A stretch of DNA of 64,000 bases from Balamuthia mandrillaris (taxonomy: Eukaryota): contig JAVKOQ020000081.1 of NCBI GenBank assembly GCA_031835245.2, positions 124,001-188,000 of the forward strand. The letters run 5' to 3'. The notes beneath the pieces were generated by a model, which saw only the letters and a list, made by a program, of their open reading frames with translations, was not told the origin of the DNA and did not search any database. Shown piece after piece: positions 34,853 to 47,073 of the stretch. How positions within the stretch are numbered: the first letter of the stretch is position 1; every line of letters starts with the position of its first letter. Made by a program: the position numbers and the translations under genes.

Positions 34853-35617
34853 ATGAAGAAAGCATTCGCGGTGGTGTTGGCCACACAGAACCCGATGAAA
34901 GTGGTGGAAGTTCGTAACGTGTTGGCCGGACTCTCTACGAACTGGCGGCTGGTCGAGCCTCAAGACCTGACGCGAACTCCCATCGAGGTCGAGGAGGACG
35001 CCGACACGCTGGAAGGAAACGCCATCAAAAAGGCAGAGGCTTACTCTCGCTTGCTTCTTGCTGGCTCCGTGCAAGAAAACGTTTTGGAGGGTCTCGAAGA
35101 GGTTTATGTCGTTGGGGATGACACCGGACTGGAGATAGACGCGCTGAACGGTGAGCCAGGCATCAAGGTCCGTCGGTGGAAGGACGGCAAGACGGCGATG
35201 AAAGACGAGGAGCTGATCGAGTACTGTTTGAGGAGGATGAAGGACGTTCCCAAGGCGCAAAGAACCGCTCGGTTCAAGGCTGTCGTGGCTGCTGCGAGAC
35301 TGCAACGGATCAACCACGGAAAGGACTGGGGGGCAGCAGAGGAGCCGATCCAACTGTTTGAAGGAACGCTGCAGGGGCGCATACTGGAGGAGGCGGACCC
35401 TTTGCGGCTGCCTGGCTTTCCCTTTGAGTCCTTGTTCGTGGTGGAAGAAGAGGCATGCCGGAGGGCGGCGGGGTCGGGCGAGCGGGATGCTGCTCCCGGT
35501 GGGGTGTTGCTGGGTCGTATCCAACAAATGAAGCCCGAGGAAAAGAAACTGTTCCCTACTCATAGGCAGAAGGCGTGGGAAACGTTTCTGCGCCACCATA
35601 ACCACCAACAAAAATAA
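34853..35617 (+). CDS. Ham1/ITPase-family non-canonical purine NTP pyrophosphatase, intronless
   Basis: VLATQNPMKVVE, EEDADTLEGNAIKKA, GDDTGLEIDALNGEPG, GFPFESLF and THRQKA (SHR equivalent). Confidence 0.92.
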   Translation: MKKAFAVVLATQNPMKVVEVRNVLAGLSTNWRLVEPQDLTRTPIEVEEDADTLEGNAIKKAEAYSRLLLAGSVQENVLEGLEEVYVVGDDTGLEIDALNGEPGIKVRRWKDGKTAMKDEELIEYCLRRMKDVPKAQRTARFKAVVAAARLQRINHGKDWGAAEEPIQLFEGTLQGRILEEADPLRLPGFPFESLFVVEEEACRRAAGSGERDAAPGGVLLGRIQQMKPEEKKLFPTHRQKAWETFLRHHNHQQK

Positions 35618-35862
35618 AAATGGCGCCAAACAAAGTGCTGCACTCTCTTGCCTGAGGAAGCTGCGGCAAGGTAGACAAAAGTATTGTGGGGCCATGCATT
35701 TTCCTACAGATGCAGAGGGGAACAGTGCGACGTGTTACCTTGGTTTTTTGTCCACTCCTCCAGGCGACCGACCAAAGAAGAGTTGCAGGAAAAAAAATCA
35801 TTTTTTTTTTGATGCCTTTTTCGGAGAGCGCCGCTAAAAGGCTGCGTGTAGTCTCAACGCAA

Positions 35863-35945
35863 GCACCCGTGGCGCAATGGAAACGCGTCTGCCTCCTACA
35901 TTTGGAGACAGCAGAAGATTGTGGGTTCGATCCCCACCGGGTGCG
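35863..35945 (+). tRNA. tRNA-Arg(CCT) with an 11-nt intron (35899-35909)
   Basis: Acceptor stem GCACCCG/CGGGTGC; A box TGGCGCAATGG; anticodon stem TCTGC/GCAGA with loop CT-CCT-A; intron after position 37; T arm GTGGG-TTCGATC-CCCAC; downstream T-run terminator. Confidence 0.93.
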
Positions 35946-36058
35946 AGTTTCTTTTTTCAGTTTAGTTTATATTTAGATCAAAAATAGGGTTACAAGATTG
36001 TGGGTTCGATCCCCAGCGAGTACCTGCCTTTGTTATTGATTGGTCAGCTTGGTAACTC

Positions 36059-36453
36059 TTGCCGGGCGTCCCTTTTTCGTTGCACAGTCCCATCCATTCC
36101 GAGACCGCAGCGCAGGTGGGTCTTCTCCAGCGCTGGCAAGGGCAGAGTGCACGTGGACTTCTGGACCCTGGACAACGAAGCGCAAGGAGTTTCTGGTTCG
36201 TTATTACTTCTTTTTTTTTTGTTTCAATCCCTTCCTCTCCATCTCACTATGGTTACTCTCCCTCAGGAGCTGATGCTGCTGCCGCTTCTGCTTACAATGA
36301 CGACAACAACCTATTCGCTGAGATAGGCCTTGAGGTTACTAACCCCCAGGTCACTGCCAGCATTGATGGCTCTGATGGTGCTGCTTTGGCTCTCTTCTGG
36401 TTCAAAGTACCATCCTCACAACAACAAAATAATAACTGTCCTGTATGCCCTGG

Positions 36454-36497
<44 letters not shown>

Positions 36498-36599
36498 CTC
36501 TCTCTCCTCAAAGTCGGCTTTATGGAAGATGAATTGTATGGCTCGTTTATCTTGGCTTTACCCGGCCTTCATAGAGCAGCATTCGCCCTTTACGGCTGA
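36059..36599 (+). other. Spliced gene fragment or small hypothetical gene with no clear ATG
   Basis: Three exon-like blocks separated by pyrimidine-rich GT-AG segments: ...GKGRVHVDFWTLDNEAQGVS / ADAAAA...LALFWFKVPS...CPVCP / VGFMEDELYGSFIL... Confidence 0.35.
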
Positions 36600-36663
36600 G
36601 GGAGCAGGAAAACTCCTTAGGGTATGCAGCAGGAGGAACGCACTGGAGGGCGATGTGATTCTG

Positions 36664-36879
36664 TTATGATGCAAGTTCAGGATAGTAGGCCAGAAACGCG
36701 AGCACAGCGGGCTCCTCCGGATGTTTCTTGAGGTAGTCCAGAACGGCCGTTCGGCGGGCGGAGATGGTGGCCCATACGTGAGGCGGTGGCGGCGGCGGTT
36801 GCGGTCCTTCGTGGTCCGGAAAAGGGTTCCACTCCCCGTCGGGCGCTGTTTCTGGCCACTGTGGCGGTGGTCGTTGCAT
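36664..36879 (-). CDS. 71-aa proline-rich hypothetical protein
   Basis: GC-rich ATG-initiated ORF against an AT-rich background; no recognised domain. Confidence 0.4.
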   Translation of the reverse strand: MQRPPPQWPETAPDGEWNPFPDHEGPQPPPPPPHVWATISARRTAVLDYLKKHPEEPAVLAFLAYYPELAS

Positions 36880-37033
36880 TACCGTCTTTTCTTTCCTTCT
36901 CTCTCTCTTTCCTTTCGTTTCTTCTGCTTGTCCTATAATATAATGTTTTTGATTTTCAATTGGATGTTATCTCTCACTTTCTCCTTCTTGGCTTCTCGTT
37001 TTATAGAACTCTGCGAGGAAACATAAGTGGAGG

Positions 37034-39712
37034 TTAAGGAATGGCAGTCTCCAGTTCCTGCTTTATTTTCTCTTTCTTCTTCTTCTCCGATTCCACCTCT
37101 GCTCTCAATGCTTTCAAAGGTTTCATCCAAGCGTATTCCCTCTTCCGTCCTGCCCTTTCTGCCTCTTCCTCCTCCTCATTTGGCTTCTCTTCGTGGTCGT
37201 TCTCTTTCTGTTTCAACACCACTTCCACCAAGGCAAACATCTCCTCCGTCGGAGCGAAACCCCATTGTCGCCACATCTTCTGCAACAACTGTATAACGTG
37301 CTCCGCTTTCTTCTCCCTCTTCAGCAGATAACCTCTCAGCATGCCCATCCAATACTTGGAAAGGACTGTAGCAGAGAGCGGAAACGATCCTCCTCTCTTG
37401 TGTTTTTGTTGATGCAGCTCTTTCAGCATTTCCCACGCTTGCTTCTCTGCATCATGCTCGATGCATGCAGAGAGAAGCGCAGCCCTGGTGTCCAGCGAGA
37501 CACGACGATGACCAGAAATGGCTTGCTTGTTTTCGCCGTTTGAGTTTGGAGGAAATTGAAGAAGATCGATAGCCCGTTGGATTTGTCCAGCATGAGCATA
37601 AACCAATAGAAGAGCGTCGTACAGTTCATTTACTGCTGGTTGTTGCTTTGAAGAAGATGAAGAAGAATCGTTAGTGAAGAACTTGTCGTTGGCTTCTCGT
37701 ACAAGTTGTTCCGCTTTGGGGATGTCCCTAAGAGCGGCACAAGCTTTGATGAGGAGGACATTGGTCTGAAGGTTGCCAAGAGCAGTAACGTTCTCCATAA
37801 GTGCAACATCAAATGCACGATCAGGTTGAAAGCTGTCTATGCATGCTGTTATCAGACTTTTTTGGTTTGCAACTAAAGTTAGTACCATTTTACTCATGAT
37901 AATGAAGCAACCAACCTATTGTAGGTTTTGATGGAAGGTGTAATGCCCCATTTGCTTGGCATTGCTTGTACAAATGCAAAAGCGTCATCCAAACGAGCGA
38001 GTTTGCCGAGACTAACTATAAGGGCCACCGCATGTCCTTCGTGAACTTGACGAACGGGAAGATTGTCGTTCATGAGCTTTTTCCTTTCGTTCACCCATAC
38101 ACGATAACGGTCATCCAATCCTGCAACTGCCAAAATACAGATAAAGAATAAGAAGAAATTTATGGGTGAAAAAAGAACGAAGATAGGCGATAGATAGATA
38201 CCAAACAGCCGATGCAATACATCAACAGCCTTGTCTATGTGTCCATGTTTAGCAAAACAGTGAAGCAACGCATCATAGTCCCGTTGTCGCACATATATCT
38301 GCTCTTCAGAGTTGACAGATAGTACTTTGTTTTCCTCAGAGTCCGTCACAAAAGCTAAAGCATCTTTTGAGACTGATGAAGAAGAAAGCGTTTGTTGTCT
38401 TTCGGTTGTTGCGGCTTGTTCAGGTAAAGGACACCGTGGATGAAAAGGTGGATAGTATTGATCTATCTTTTGCAGCGCTTCCTCTGCAAAGACAACCTGA
38501 TCGTGTCTAGCGAAAGCGCCCATTAACAACCCTAAAACTGCTTTATCAATCATCTCTAAGCCTAATGCCTATTTCCTCCCAAAAACAAATAGAAACACAG
38601 AATAAAGAAGCACGAAGAAATAACAGCAGTCAGAAGAACATGAAAGAAGAATCAGTAAGAAGATGGAAGATCAAGGTATGAAGAATGAAGAATGAAAAAG
38701 AAGAAAGAACATGCACAACAAAGAATAAGATGGAGGAAAGAAGACAAAAAGAAGAAACAAAAAAGGTAGAAGAAGGACAAGCGAAAAGGAGCAGAAAGCA
38801 AGCAGTCTTGTTGGGGTAACGAACCACTTCGGTGAGGTCCCAAGCATACTGCAACAGCCCATCTTGGTTGCTGTCTTCAGCAGGCATGGTCTTGCAGCGC
38901 CATTCGACCAAGCTGGCGAGTTCCTCGGCGTCCAGTTTGAGGCCTTCCAACAGCTGGTCGTTCATCTTCGTCAACCGCTTGAACGCTTTTTCTTTCTCAT
39001 CTAGAGAAAACGAAGAAGAAGAAGAACAAGAACAAGAAGAACGAGAAGAAAAAGAAGAAGAACAAGAACAAGAAGAAGAAGAAGAAGAAGAAGAAGAAGA
39101 ACAAGAAGAAGAACAAGAAGAACAAGAAGAACAAGAAGAAGAAGAAGAGCAAGAACAAGAACAAGAACAAGAAGAAGCACAAGAACAAGAAGAAAGGTAT
39201 CAACAACAAGAGTGACAACATTACTGAGAGAGAGAGAGAGAGCGAGAAAGAGAGAAGGTGAAGAAGAAGAACCTCGGACCTACTTCAAATGGTTTCTTTG
39301 GGAGTAGCTTCTTGTTTTGTTGTTTGGGAGCAGCAGCGGCAAAGCTTCTTCCAAAGATTGGCTGTTGTGACGCTAAAAAGAAAGAGGAGGAGGAGGAAAA
39401 AGAAGACAAAGCAGAAAGAGATGAAGTTGGAAGAAGACCATGCTGCCGCTTTGCTGCGGTGGCTCCTCTCCTGAGAGAAGCAGATTGAAGGCCTCTCAAG
39501 GAGGAGCATATCGGCCAACGGTGGTGATGATAATAGCGAGTGGGCCACTTCGTGTTTGCTTGGAGGCCGTCCAAAAAGCACGCCCCACGCCACCGGTCAC
39601 CACCAGAAGCACCCCGCGTGCCCGTGAAACACGTCGAAGGGCGAGGAACCAACGCGCTTCGGCTCATCTTCTTCTGCTTTCTTTTGGTTCCTCTTTCCAA
39701 AATTCTTTTCAT
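37034..39712 (-). CDS. Pentatricopeptide-repeat protein, probably mitochondrial, multi-exon (start may be 39667)
   Basis: Arg/Ser-rich transit-like N-terminus ending RSFAAAA. PPR motifs YDALLHCFAKHGHIDKAVDVL, WGITPSIKTYNSLITAC and YDALLLVYAHAGQIQRAIDLL. Confidence 0.85.
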
Positions 39713-39922
39713 GCCTTAAATGATTAAAATTCTCCAAATTCCCTTCGTTATTTACATATTTTACATTTTTAAAATGATATTAAATGCCTTTCATTCCTTC
39801 CACGAATTTTCGACATTTTTTCGGACGGTTAAAATTTCGAATTGGTGAAAAAAGTTTAACTTTTTAATTTTGTCGAAAGAAAAAGATTTGCTTCTTCCTT
39901 CGCAAAGCAAAAGCAAAAGCAA

Positions 39923-41523
39923 ATGTACAACGGCATCGGCCTGAACACGCCGCGTGGCTCCGGCACCAACGGCTACGTGCAGCGCAACCTCAGCTTTGTG
40001 CGCGTGCGCAAGAACAAGGTCGACTACCACTCGCCCGAGGGCGATAAGGGGAAGAAAGGCCCCTTGGCGGGGCTCCTCTCCTCCAGGCCGAAAGCCAATG
40101 CCGAAATCTTGGAGCATGAGCGCAAGAGGGAGATTGAGCTCAAAGTGATGGAGTGGGCGGAAGCGCAGGGACTGTTGGATGGAGAGTAAGTAGAAGTGTT
40201 TGCACTCCACAAACGAACAAAAAAATCAATCATTTTTGTGCTTTTCTCACTCACCTTTCTTTGCTCTGTTTGGTACTTCAAAGTTTACCAGAGGAGGAAG
40301 TGCAGGCGATGATGGCGAAAAAGCGAGAAGCCCTCAAAGGCGGTGAACTCGACGAAGAAAAACTCAAACAAAGGTTTGCTTTCTTCTCTTGTTCTCTTCT
40401 CCTCTTTCTCCTATTCTTCTTCTCTTGCCTTTCTTCTTTCTAACTTGAGAAACAAAAATGCAGCAAAGAGACGCATCGCTATGCACTGGCTCAACAACAA
40501 CAGTCCTCCAAGTTTGGAGCAGCGCTCGGTATCTCCTCGGAGTACCAGGAGGGCGCTGCCTTTGACAGAGAACTGCAAGAGCGGAAGAAGCAGGCACGCA
40601 TTGAGCAGCAGGTCGAGGCGGTGAGAAGGAAGATAGAGGAGGCAGGAGACGATCCAGAGAAAATGGAGCAGCTGTTGTTGGAACACACAGGACAGAGAGA
40701 GCATCGTTTCTTGTATCGAGACGATCGCCGTCGACGGCCGCATCGTAACGATAGAGACAGAGAACGAGACAGAGATAGAGATAGAGACAGAGGTAGAGAC
40801 CGCGAACGAGAGAGAAGAGATAGTGACTATTATGACAGAGACAGGGATAGAGAAAGAGACAGAGAACGAGAAAGAGAACGAGACTATCGTCGAGGTCGAG
40901 GACGAGATGAGAGAAGAAGCAGAGAAAGAGATAATCGAGAAGAACGGGACAGAAATAGGAAGAGACGAAGAAGTCACTCGTCGTCCCCTTCTTCCTCTGA
41001 ATCGGAGTCTGACTCGTATTCTTCCTCTTCTGACTCTGATAGTCATCGTCGTCGTGGTCGAAGAGAAACCAGCCGAAGAGATGAACGTAGTCATCGTAGC
41101 CGACGTTCTCCTTCTTCATCATCTTCTTCAGAAAAAGAACGTTCTTCCTCGCGTCGTCATCATCGTCGCGATGGTTCTCCCGAAGAGAAGAAGCAACGTC
41201 GCAACGAGAATGAAGAAAGAGCGTCAGAGCAACTTGTTCCGGTGAAGAAAGAAGTTAAGGAAGCTGAACAAGAAGAACAGGAAGCAGAGGAACGAAGAGA
41301 AAGTCGTCGAGATGATTCTTCTCCATTAGTTGCTGTAAAGGAGGAGAAAAGAAGCCGAAGTCGAAGCAGGAGCAAAAGCAAGAGCGCAAGTCGAAGTAGA
41401 AGCAGAAGTAGGAGCGAGAGTGGAAGTCCTGGACCGAGACGAAGCCGCAGCCGAAGCAGCAGCAGGAGCAGAAGTAGAAGCAGGAGCAGGAGCAGAAGCG
41501 CAAGTGCAAGCAGCAGCGACTAA
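39923..41523 (+). CDS. CWC21: Pre-mRNA splicing factor CWC21/SRRM2-like, with RD/RS-rich tail
   Basis: [53 protein letters not shown] and an RS domain. Confidence 0.93.
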
Positions 41524-42077
41524 TGCGACAAGAAGTGTTCTTCGTCTTCTTTTTCTCCTTCTTCTACTTCTTCTTTCTTGCGGATAACAACTTTTTACTT
41601 TTGCATTTCTTTTTCTTCTTGCTCATAATAATCCATCAGGATGGCGACGGATCTGCGGTTCAAGCCCGCCTCCTAGAACATCTCCACAGCCCTCTCCCTG
41701 CCCCGCTGGACGTAATCGTTGGAGGCGATGGTGGCCCCATCGTTTATGATCGCAACCACGCAAGTCGCGAATAGAGGAAGAGCTTGTTGTTCTTGGTTCG
41801 GTTGTTCATTGCTCTTGCAGTCGTTGTCTGTCCTTCTTCTCTTTTTGGTGTTACACAGTGGAAGAAGAGCAACGCGTTCGTTATCTCTTGTTCAGCAACA
41901 AAAGCTACTGAAATCTCAAAGTGTTCTTTCTGAAGCATCTCAACCATGAACAGAGAAAGAGAAAGAGAGAGAGAGAGAGAGAGACGTGTATCTTGGCCAA
42001 GTAAGAATTGTGGTTTGTTATTGAACTAGATGAACGGCTTTTGAATCGATAAATGTTGAAAGCAGGATGAAGAGAGT

Positions 42078-42232
42078 TCAGACAAAGTCCACAAGTTCCA
42101 CAGCAAAGTGAAGAGTTGCCTTTGGTGGAATTACTGGTGGGAATCCTGTTCAAAAAACTAAGTCAGAAAGACGAAGGGAATGTATAAAGAGCTGGGGAAC
42201 AAACGAAAGAGTAATAAGAGGTGAAGAGCAGA

Positions 42233-42271
<39 letters not shown>

Positions 42272-42486
42272 AATAAACGAGAACAAACCAGCATCGCCAT
42301 AGCCAAGGTGAGGGGGAATGGTCAGCCGCCGACGCTCGCCCTTGCACATGCCCAGTAAACCTATTACGTTATTTTATTTTCGTAAAGCAAAAGCCAACGC
42401 ACACGGAGGATGTTGGTTATCCACGCAGAGGAGAAAGACAAGAGAGGAGCAGAGAGCAAGAAAAGAGAGCGAGAGAGAAGAATGTT

Positions 42487-42520
<34 letters not shown>

Positions 42521-42533
42521 CGAGGGCAGAGAG

Positions 42534-42574
<41 letters not shown>

Positions 42575-43089
42575 CAGAGCAGCAGAGTAGCAGAGAGAGA
42601 ACGAGAGAGAGAAGCAGAGCAGCAGGGTAAGAGAGCGGCATGAAGCAAAGACAGAAAGAAGACCTTGCTCCCAGCCCTCGATAACCGCGCCTTGGCCCAA
42701 AGTGAGTTTCAGCGGCTCATTCCTCTGCAAAGAAGTGTCAAAAGGAGTTCCATCTTGAAGAAAACCTATTTGTTAAGGACAGTCAGCCGAGAGACGAGAG
42801 AGACCAAAAGGTACTTCGAGGGAGGGTCAAAACCAATGTAGTGAACGGCAACGGTGTCTCCATTGGCAGACTTACGAGGGCAGTCGTCCGGGCGGTGCTC
42901 CACCTCCACTTCCAAGGTGGCGTCCGGGGCCGCGTCGACCGAAGGGGAGGAGGCAGAGGCGGTGCTGGAGGGGGCGGTGTGCTTGCGCCTTGCTCTCCGA
43001 GCGGCCTCGGCGGTGTCCGTCAGGAGGCAGAGCACCAACAGCAGGGAAGCCAGCAGCAGGGCAATAACCAGCGGCTTTGAGCTCCTCAT
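42078..43089 (-). CDS. Secretory-pathway FKBP-type peptidyl-prolyl isomerase (FKBP2-like), 4 exons
   Basis: Signal peptide; [17 protein letters not shown] / [11 protein letters not shown]...[14 protein letters not shown] / [20 protein letters not shown] / [20 protein letters not shown]. Confidence 0.92.
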
Positions 43090-43255
43090 TCTTCGCTTTC
43101 TTTTTTTCTTTTTTTCAACGTTGTAAGAAACGAATGAACTGTAGGTTGGGTCTGAATGTGTCCAATCATTGTGTGCTTGAAGTGGACGTGTAAACCGGTC
43201 TTGCCGCGTAGACGGTTTTTACCCTTTCGATAGGTTCTCGTGGCCATTCATTCAT

Positions 43256-43477
43256 TTGGGAGATATGCTGGAATGCAAAGCATGTTTAGCATGGGGAGAA
43301 TGTAAAGAATAAACATAAACATTCTTCACATTTATTCATTCATTTGGGAGAATGTAAGGAATAAAAATAAACATTCTTCACATTTCGATCATTCCAAACA
43401 TGCCTTAAGGAGATACCTTAAAATTCTTTACATTCTCCCCATGCTAAACATGCTTTGCATTCCAGCATATCTCCCAA
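43256..43477. mobile_element. MITE-like element with perfect 55-bp terminal inverted repeats
   Basis: 43256-43310 is the exact reverse complement of 43423-43477; the core is AT-rich and non-coding. Confidence 0.7.
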
Positions 43478-43712
43478 TGAAAATAAAATAACAAAAGAAA
43501 AAAAAACGTAGCAGAGAAGGAAGGGGCAAAAAGGCTTCGAAAACTCTTCAGGTGCTCATCATCAATCAATCATCCTTTTCCTCTCTTTGTTTCGTTGTGT
43601 GTTTTTTACTTCTTCTTCTTTACTTTTTTTTTCTCTTTCACTAACCCTCCCCCCTCCCCCTTTTTTTCTTTTATTTTTGTTTTGGTCTCTCACAGATTAA
43701 TAAATAAAAAAA

Positions 43713-44791
43713 ATGTGGAGCGCCGGAAACGTTTGGCGTGGTGGAGTGGCGGCGAGGTCTTCCTCATCAACCTCTTCTTCTTCGGTGCTCTCGCAGGTGC
43801 TCTCTGGAAGGAAGAGCTGTTCCCCCTCGCTGGCTTTCGTGGTGCTCAACCGGCGTGGCGCCTCGGCCGCGGCTTGCTACGGCACCCAAAGCAGCGGCGA
43901 GGGTCGCCCCTTTGACAAGATTTTGATAGCCAACCGAGGAGAGATTGCGTGTCGTGTTATCAACACTGCCAAGAGGCTGGGCATCAAGACAGTGGCCATT
44001 TATTCCGAGGCGGATGCTGCTGCCAAACATGTTCTTCTTGCAGATGAGGCGGCCTGTGTGGTATTAACTTGCTTCTTGTTCTTCTTTTATTCAGATCTTC
44101 TTCTTGTGTATTGGGTTTTAAATCCCTTTTATTTATTTTTTAACAACGTAGGGTCCAGCTCCTACCTCCAAGAGTTACCTAAACATCCCTGCCATCATGG
44201 AGGTTGTCAAAAAGACAAAGGCCCAAGCCGTTCATCCTGGCTATGGTTTGTTGCACATTCTCCTCCCACTTCTTCCCTCCTTGCATCATCCTGTTCTCTG
44301 TTTTTTTTTTTCGTTTATTCTAGCTTCCTTAGTATCTCTTTTCCTTGCCTCTCCACTTGTCCTGTTCTCCCTCCTTCCTTTTCTCTTTTCCGTATTCTCT
44401 CTCTCTCTCTCTCTCTCATTCTCTCGTCTATGACCACCACGTCTCGTTCTCAAGCCACACCACTCATACCAACCGTATCGTAAAACAGGTTTTCTTTCCG
44501 AAAACTTTCACTTTGCCGAAGCCCTCGAGGGTGAAGGAGTGGCCTTTGTAGGTCCCACCTCACAAGCCATCCATGCCATGGGTGACAAGATCGAATCCAA
44601 GAAGCTTGCCAAGGCTGCCAAGGTCAACGTTATCCCAGGTTCGTTTGGCTATTTTTCTGTATCTTTTTCACATATGTGTCTAATCTTATGCTTTCTCTGT
44701 AAAGGATTTTTGGGAGAGGTGCATGACAACCAGGAAGTTCTTAAAATAGGTTTGCAATCTTTCTTTTGTTTTCTCCATTCTCCCTTTATTC

Positions 44792-44836
<45 letters not shown>

Positions 44837-46964
44837 GAAACGCATTGTTGTTTGCTGACAGAAAGAAAACAGCCAATGAAATCGGCTATCCCATCATGAT
44901 TAAAGCCAGCGCTGGTGGTGGTGGCAAGGGCATGAGGATTGCCTGGTTTGTTCCTCCATCTCTTCTTTCGTTGATTGCTTTGTCCTTTATGTTTAGCAGA
45001 AATATCTGAAGTTGGTGGCGCGATGTAGGAACGACAAAGAGGCCCTTGAAGGTTTCAAACGATCCAAGGCTGAAGCCCAGTCCTCGTTCGGCGATGACAG
45101 AATGTTGATTGAAAAGTACATTGACAACCCGCGACACATTGAAATCCAAGTTTTGGGTGATAGCCACGGAAACTATGTACCTTTCCTCCTTTCTCCCTCT
45201 TTTTTTTTCTCGTTTAGCTCTCGCTGCTCGATTTTATTATGTTCTTAAAACTAAGCTAAGTTATACTCAATCAATCATGCAGCTCTATTTCCCTGAGCGA
45301 GAGTGTTCCATCCAAAGACGTAACCAAAAGGTCATTGAGGAAGCCCCTAGCCCTCTCCTCAACCCAGAGACCCGCATTGCCATGGGCAAACAGGCGGTTG
45401 CTCTGGCTCGCGCAGTCAACTATCGCTCCGCCGGCACGGTGGAGTTCCTTGCCGACAACAACCAGAACTTTTACTTCTTGGAGATGAACACCCGTCTGCA
45501 AGTGGAACATCCCATCACGGAGTATATCACTGGTGTGGACTTGGTGGAGCAGATGCTCAACGTGGCAGCGGGCAGGAAGCTCGCCCTCTCTCAGGAGGAT
45601 ATTAAGATCCACGGTTGGGCTTTGGAGAGCAGAGTTTACGCCGAGGACCCCTACAGAAACTTCCTTCCCTCCATTGGCCGCCTGACGAGGTACAAGGAGC
45701 CTGCCCACAAGCTCCGCTCCTCTCCCTTCCGCCTGGATGACGATGAGCCTGTGCCCGCTCGCCTGGCTGACTCGCCTTGCTCCGTGCGAGTGGACGCTGG
45801 TGTGATGGAAGGCAGCGAGATCAGCACGTTCTATGACCCTCTGATTTGTAAGCTCTGTACCTGGGGACCAACTCGCGATGAGGCTGTGCAAACCATGGAG
45901 AGAGCTTTGGATGAGTATGTCATCCGTGGAGTGAGGCATAACATCGCCTTCTTGAGGGACGTTATGGATCAGCCTCGTTTCAGGAAAGGAGCCCTTACCA
46001 CTAAGTTCATTCCTGAGGTTTGTTTGCTCTCTAGTGCTCTTTTCTTTCTTTCTCTTTCGCAACGTTTGTTTTGATCTTGGAATTCTTACAAAAAAAAAAA
46101 TAATAACCAACAACAAACCAGGAATATCCTCATGGTTTCACTGGCCACGAGCTCAACGAGAATGAGGTGAACGACCTGGTGGTCTCTGCGGCAGCCATGC
46201 AATTCGTGCGTCGCGAGCGCGAAGCCACCATAAGCGGCCAGCTCAGCGAGTATGCCACTCCTCCCACGACGGACACCTTTGTGGTCACCATCAACGGCAA
46301 GGACTACCAAGCCAAGGTCACCAAACAGGAGGACGACACCTATCCCTCTCCTCGACGCAAGTTGCAAGTGGAAATAGTAAACTCTGGGAATAAGGCCTCT
46401 GTGCCCATTCGATTCGAGTGGCCGGTGGACTCTATTGCCTTTGATGCTCGGGTGGGCGATCGTGACCTGCTATTGCAGTTTATCAAGGCCTTGCCTTTGG
46501 GTCTTCGTCTTCAGTACTGTGGTACCGAGGTAACACAAAACACAACCTCGAAACATAATATACATCACACGAACTAACTTCTCTTTTCTGCACAACCAAA
46601 ATAGATGGATGTTTTGGTTCGATCTTTGAAGCAAGCAGAGTTGAGCAAGCACATGCCTCCTCCCAAGACGGTTGACCACAAGAACTCCTTGTTGTCTCCT
46701 ATGCCCGGTCAAGTAGTCTCTGTTTCCGTACAACCAGGTGACGCTGTCTCTGCTGGTCAAGAACTGGCTGTTGTAGAAGCCATGAAGATGCAGGTTCGTT
46801 TTTATTTTTGTTTTTGTGAGTTTTGTTGGATTGTTTGTTGAGCCAAGTTTTTCTCTTTGTAGAATGTTCTTCGAGCTGAAAGTGACGGTGTGATTGAGAC
46901 CGTGTTGGTGAAGGAGGGTAGCAACGTCGCTGTTGATGAAGTGTTGCTCACCTTCAAGAAGTAA
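43713..46964 (+). CDS. PCCA: Propionyl-CoA carboxylase alpha chain, mitochondrial, multi-exon
   Basis: Transit peptide; [65 protein letters not shown]; biotin site VEAMKMQN. Confidence 0.93.
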
Positions 46965-47073
46965 CAAGTTTTTTTAACCCCTTTCCATCTTTCTTTTTGT
47001 GCATATTTTACTACCTTCAAAAAACAAAACACAACAACAAACAGAAAACGGTGTTTATGAAAAAGAAATCCAC

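Noticed and set aside
22908..35617. P450s + protease + DUF1990 + ITPase as a biosynthetic gene cluster
   Set aside because: No PKS, NRPS, terpene synthase or precursor peptide is visible; tandem duplication explains the arrangement.
34514..35695. 393-aa ORF antisense to Ham1
   Set aside because: A GC-rich antisense shadow extended by a simple repeat; no independent motif.
41673..41675. Possible stop-codon reassignment or readthrough
   Set aside because: Conserved genes in the window end in TAA, TAG or TGA normally and have no in-frame stops inside exons.
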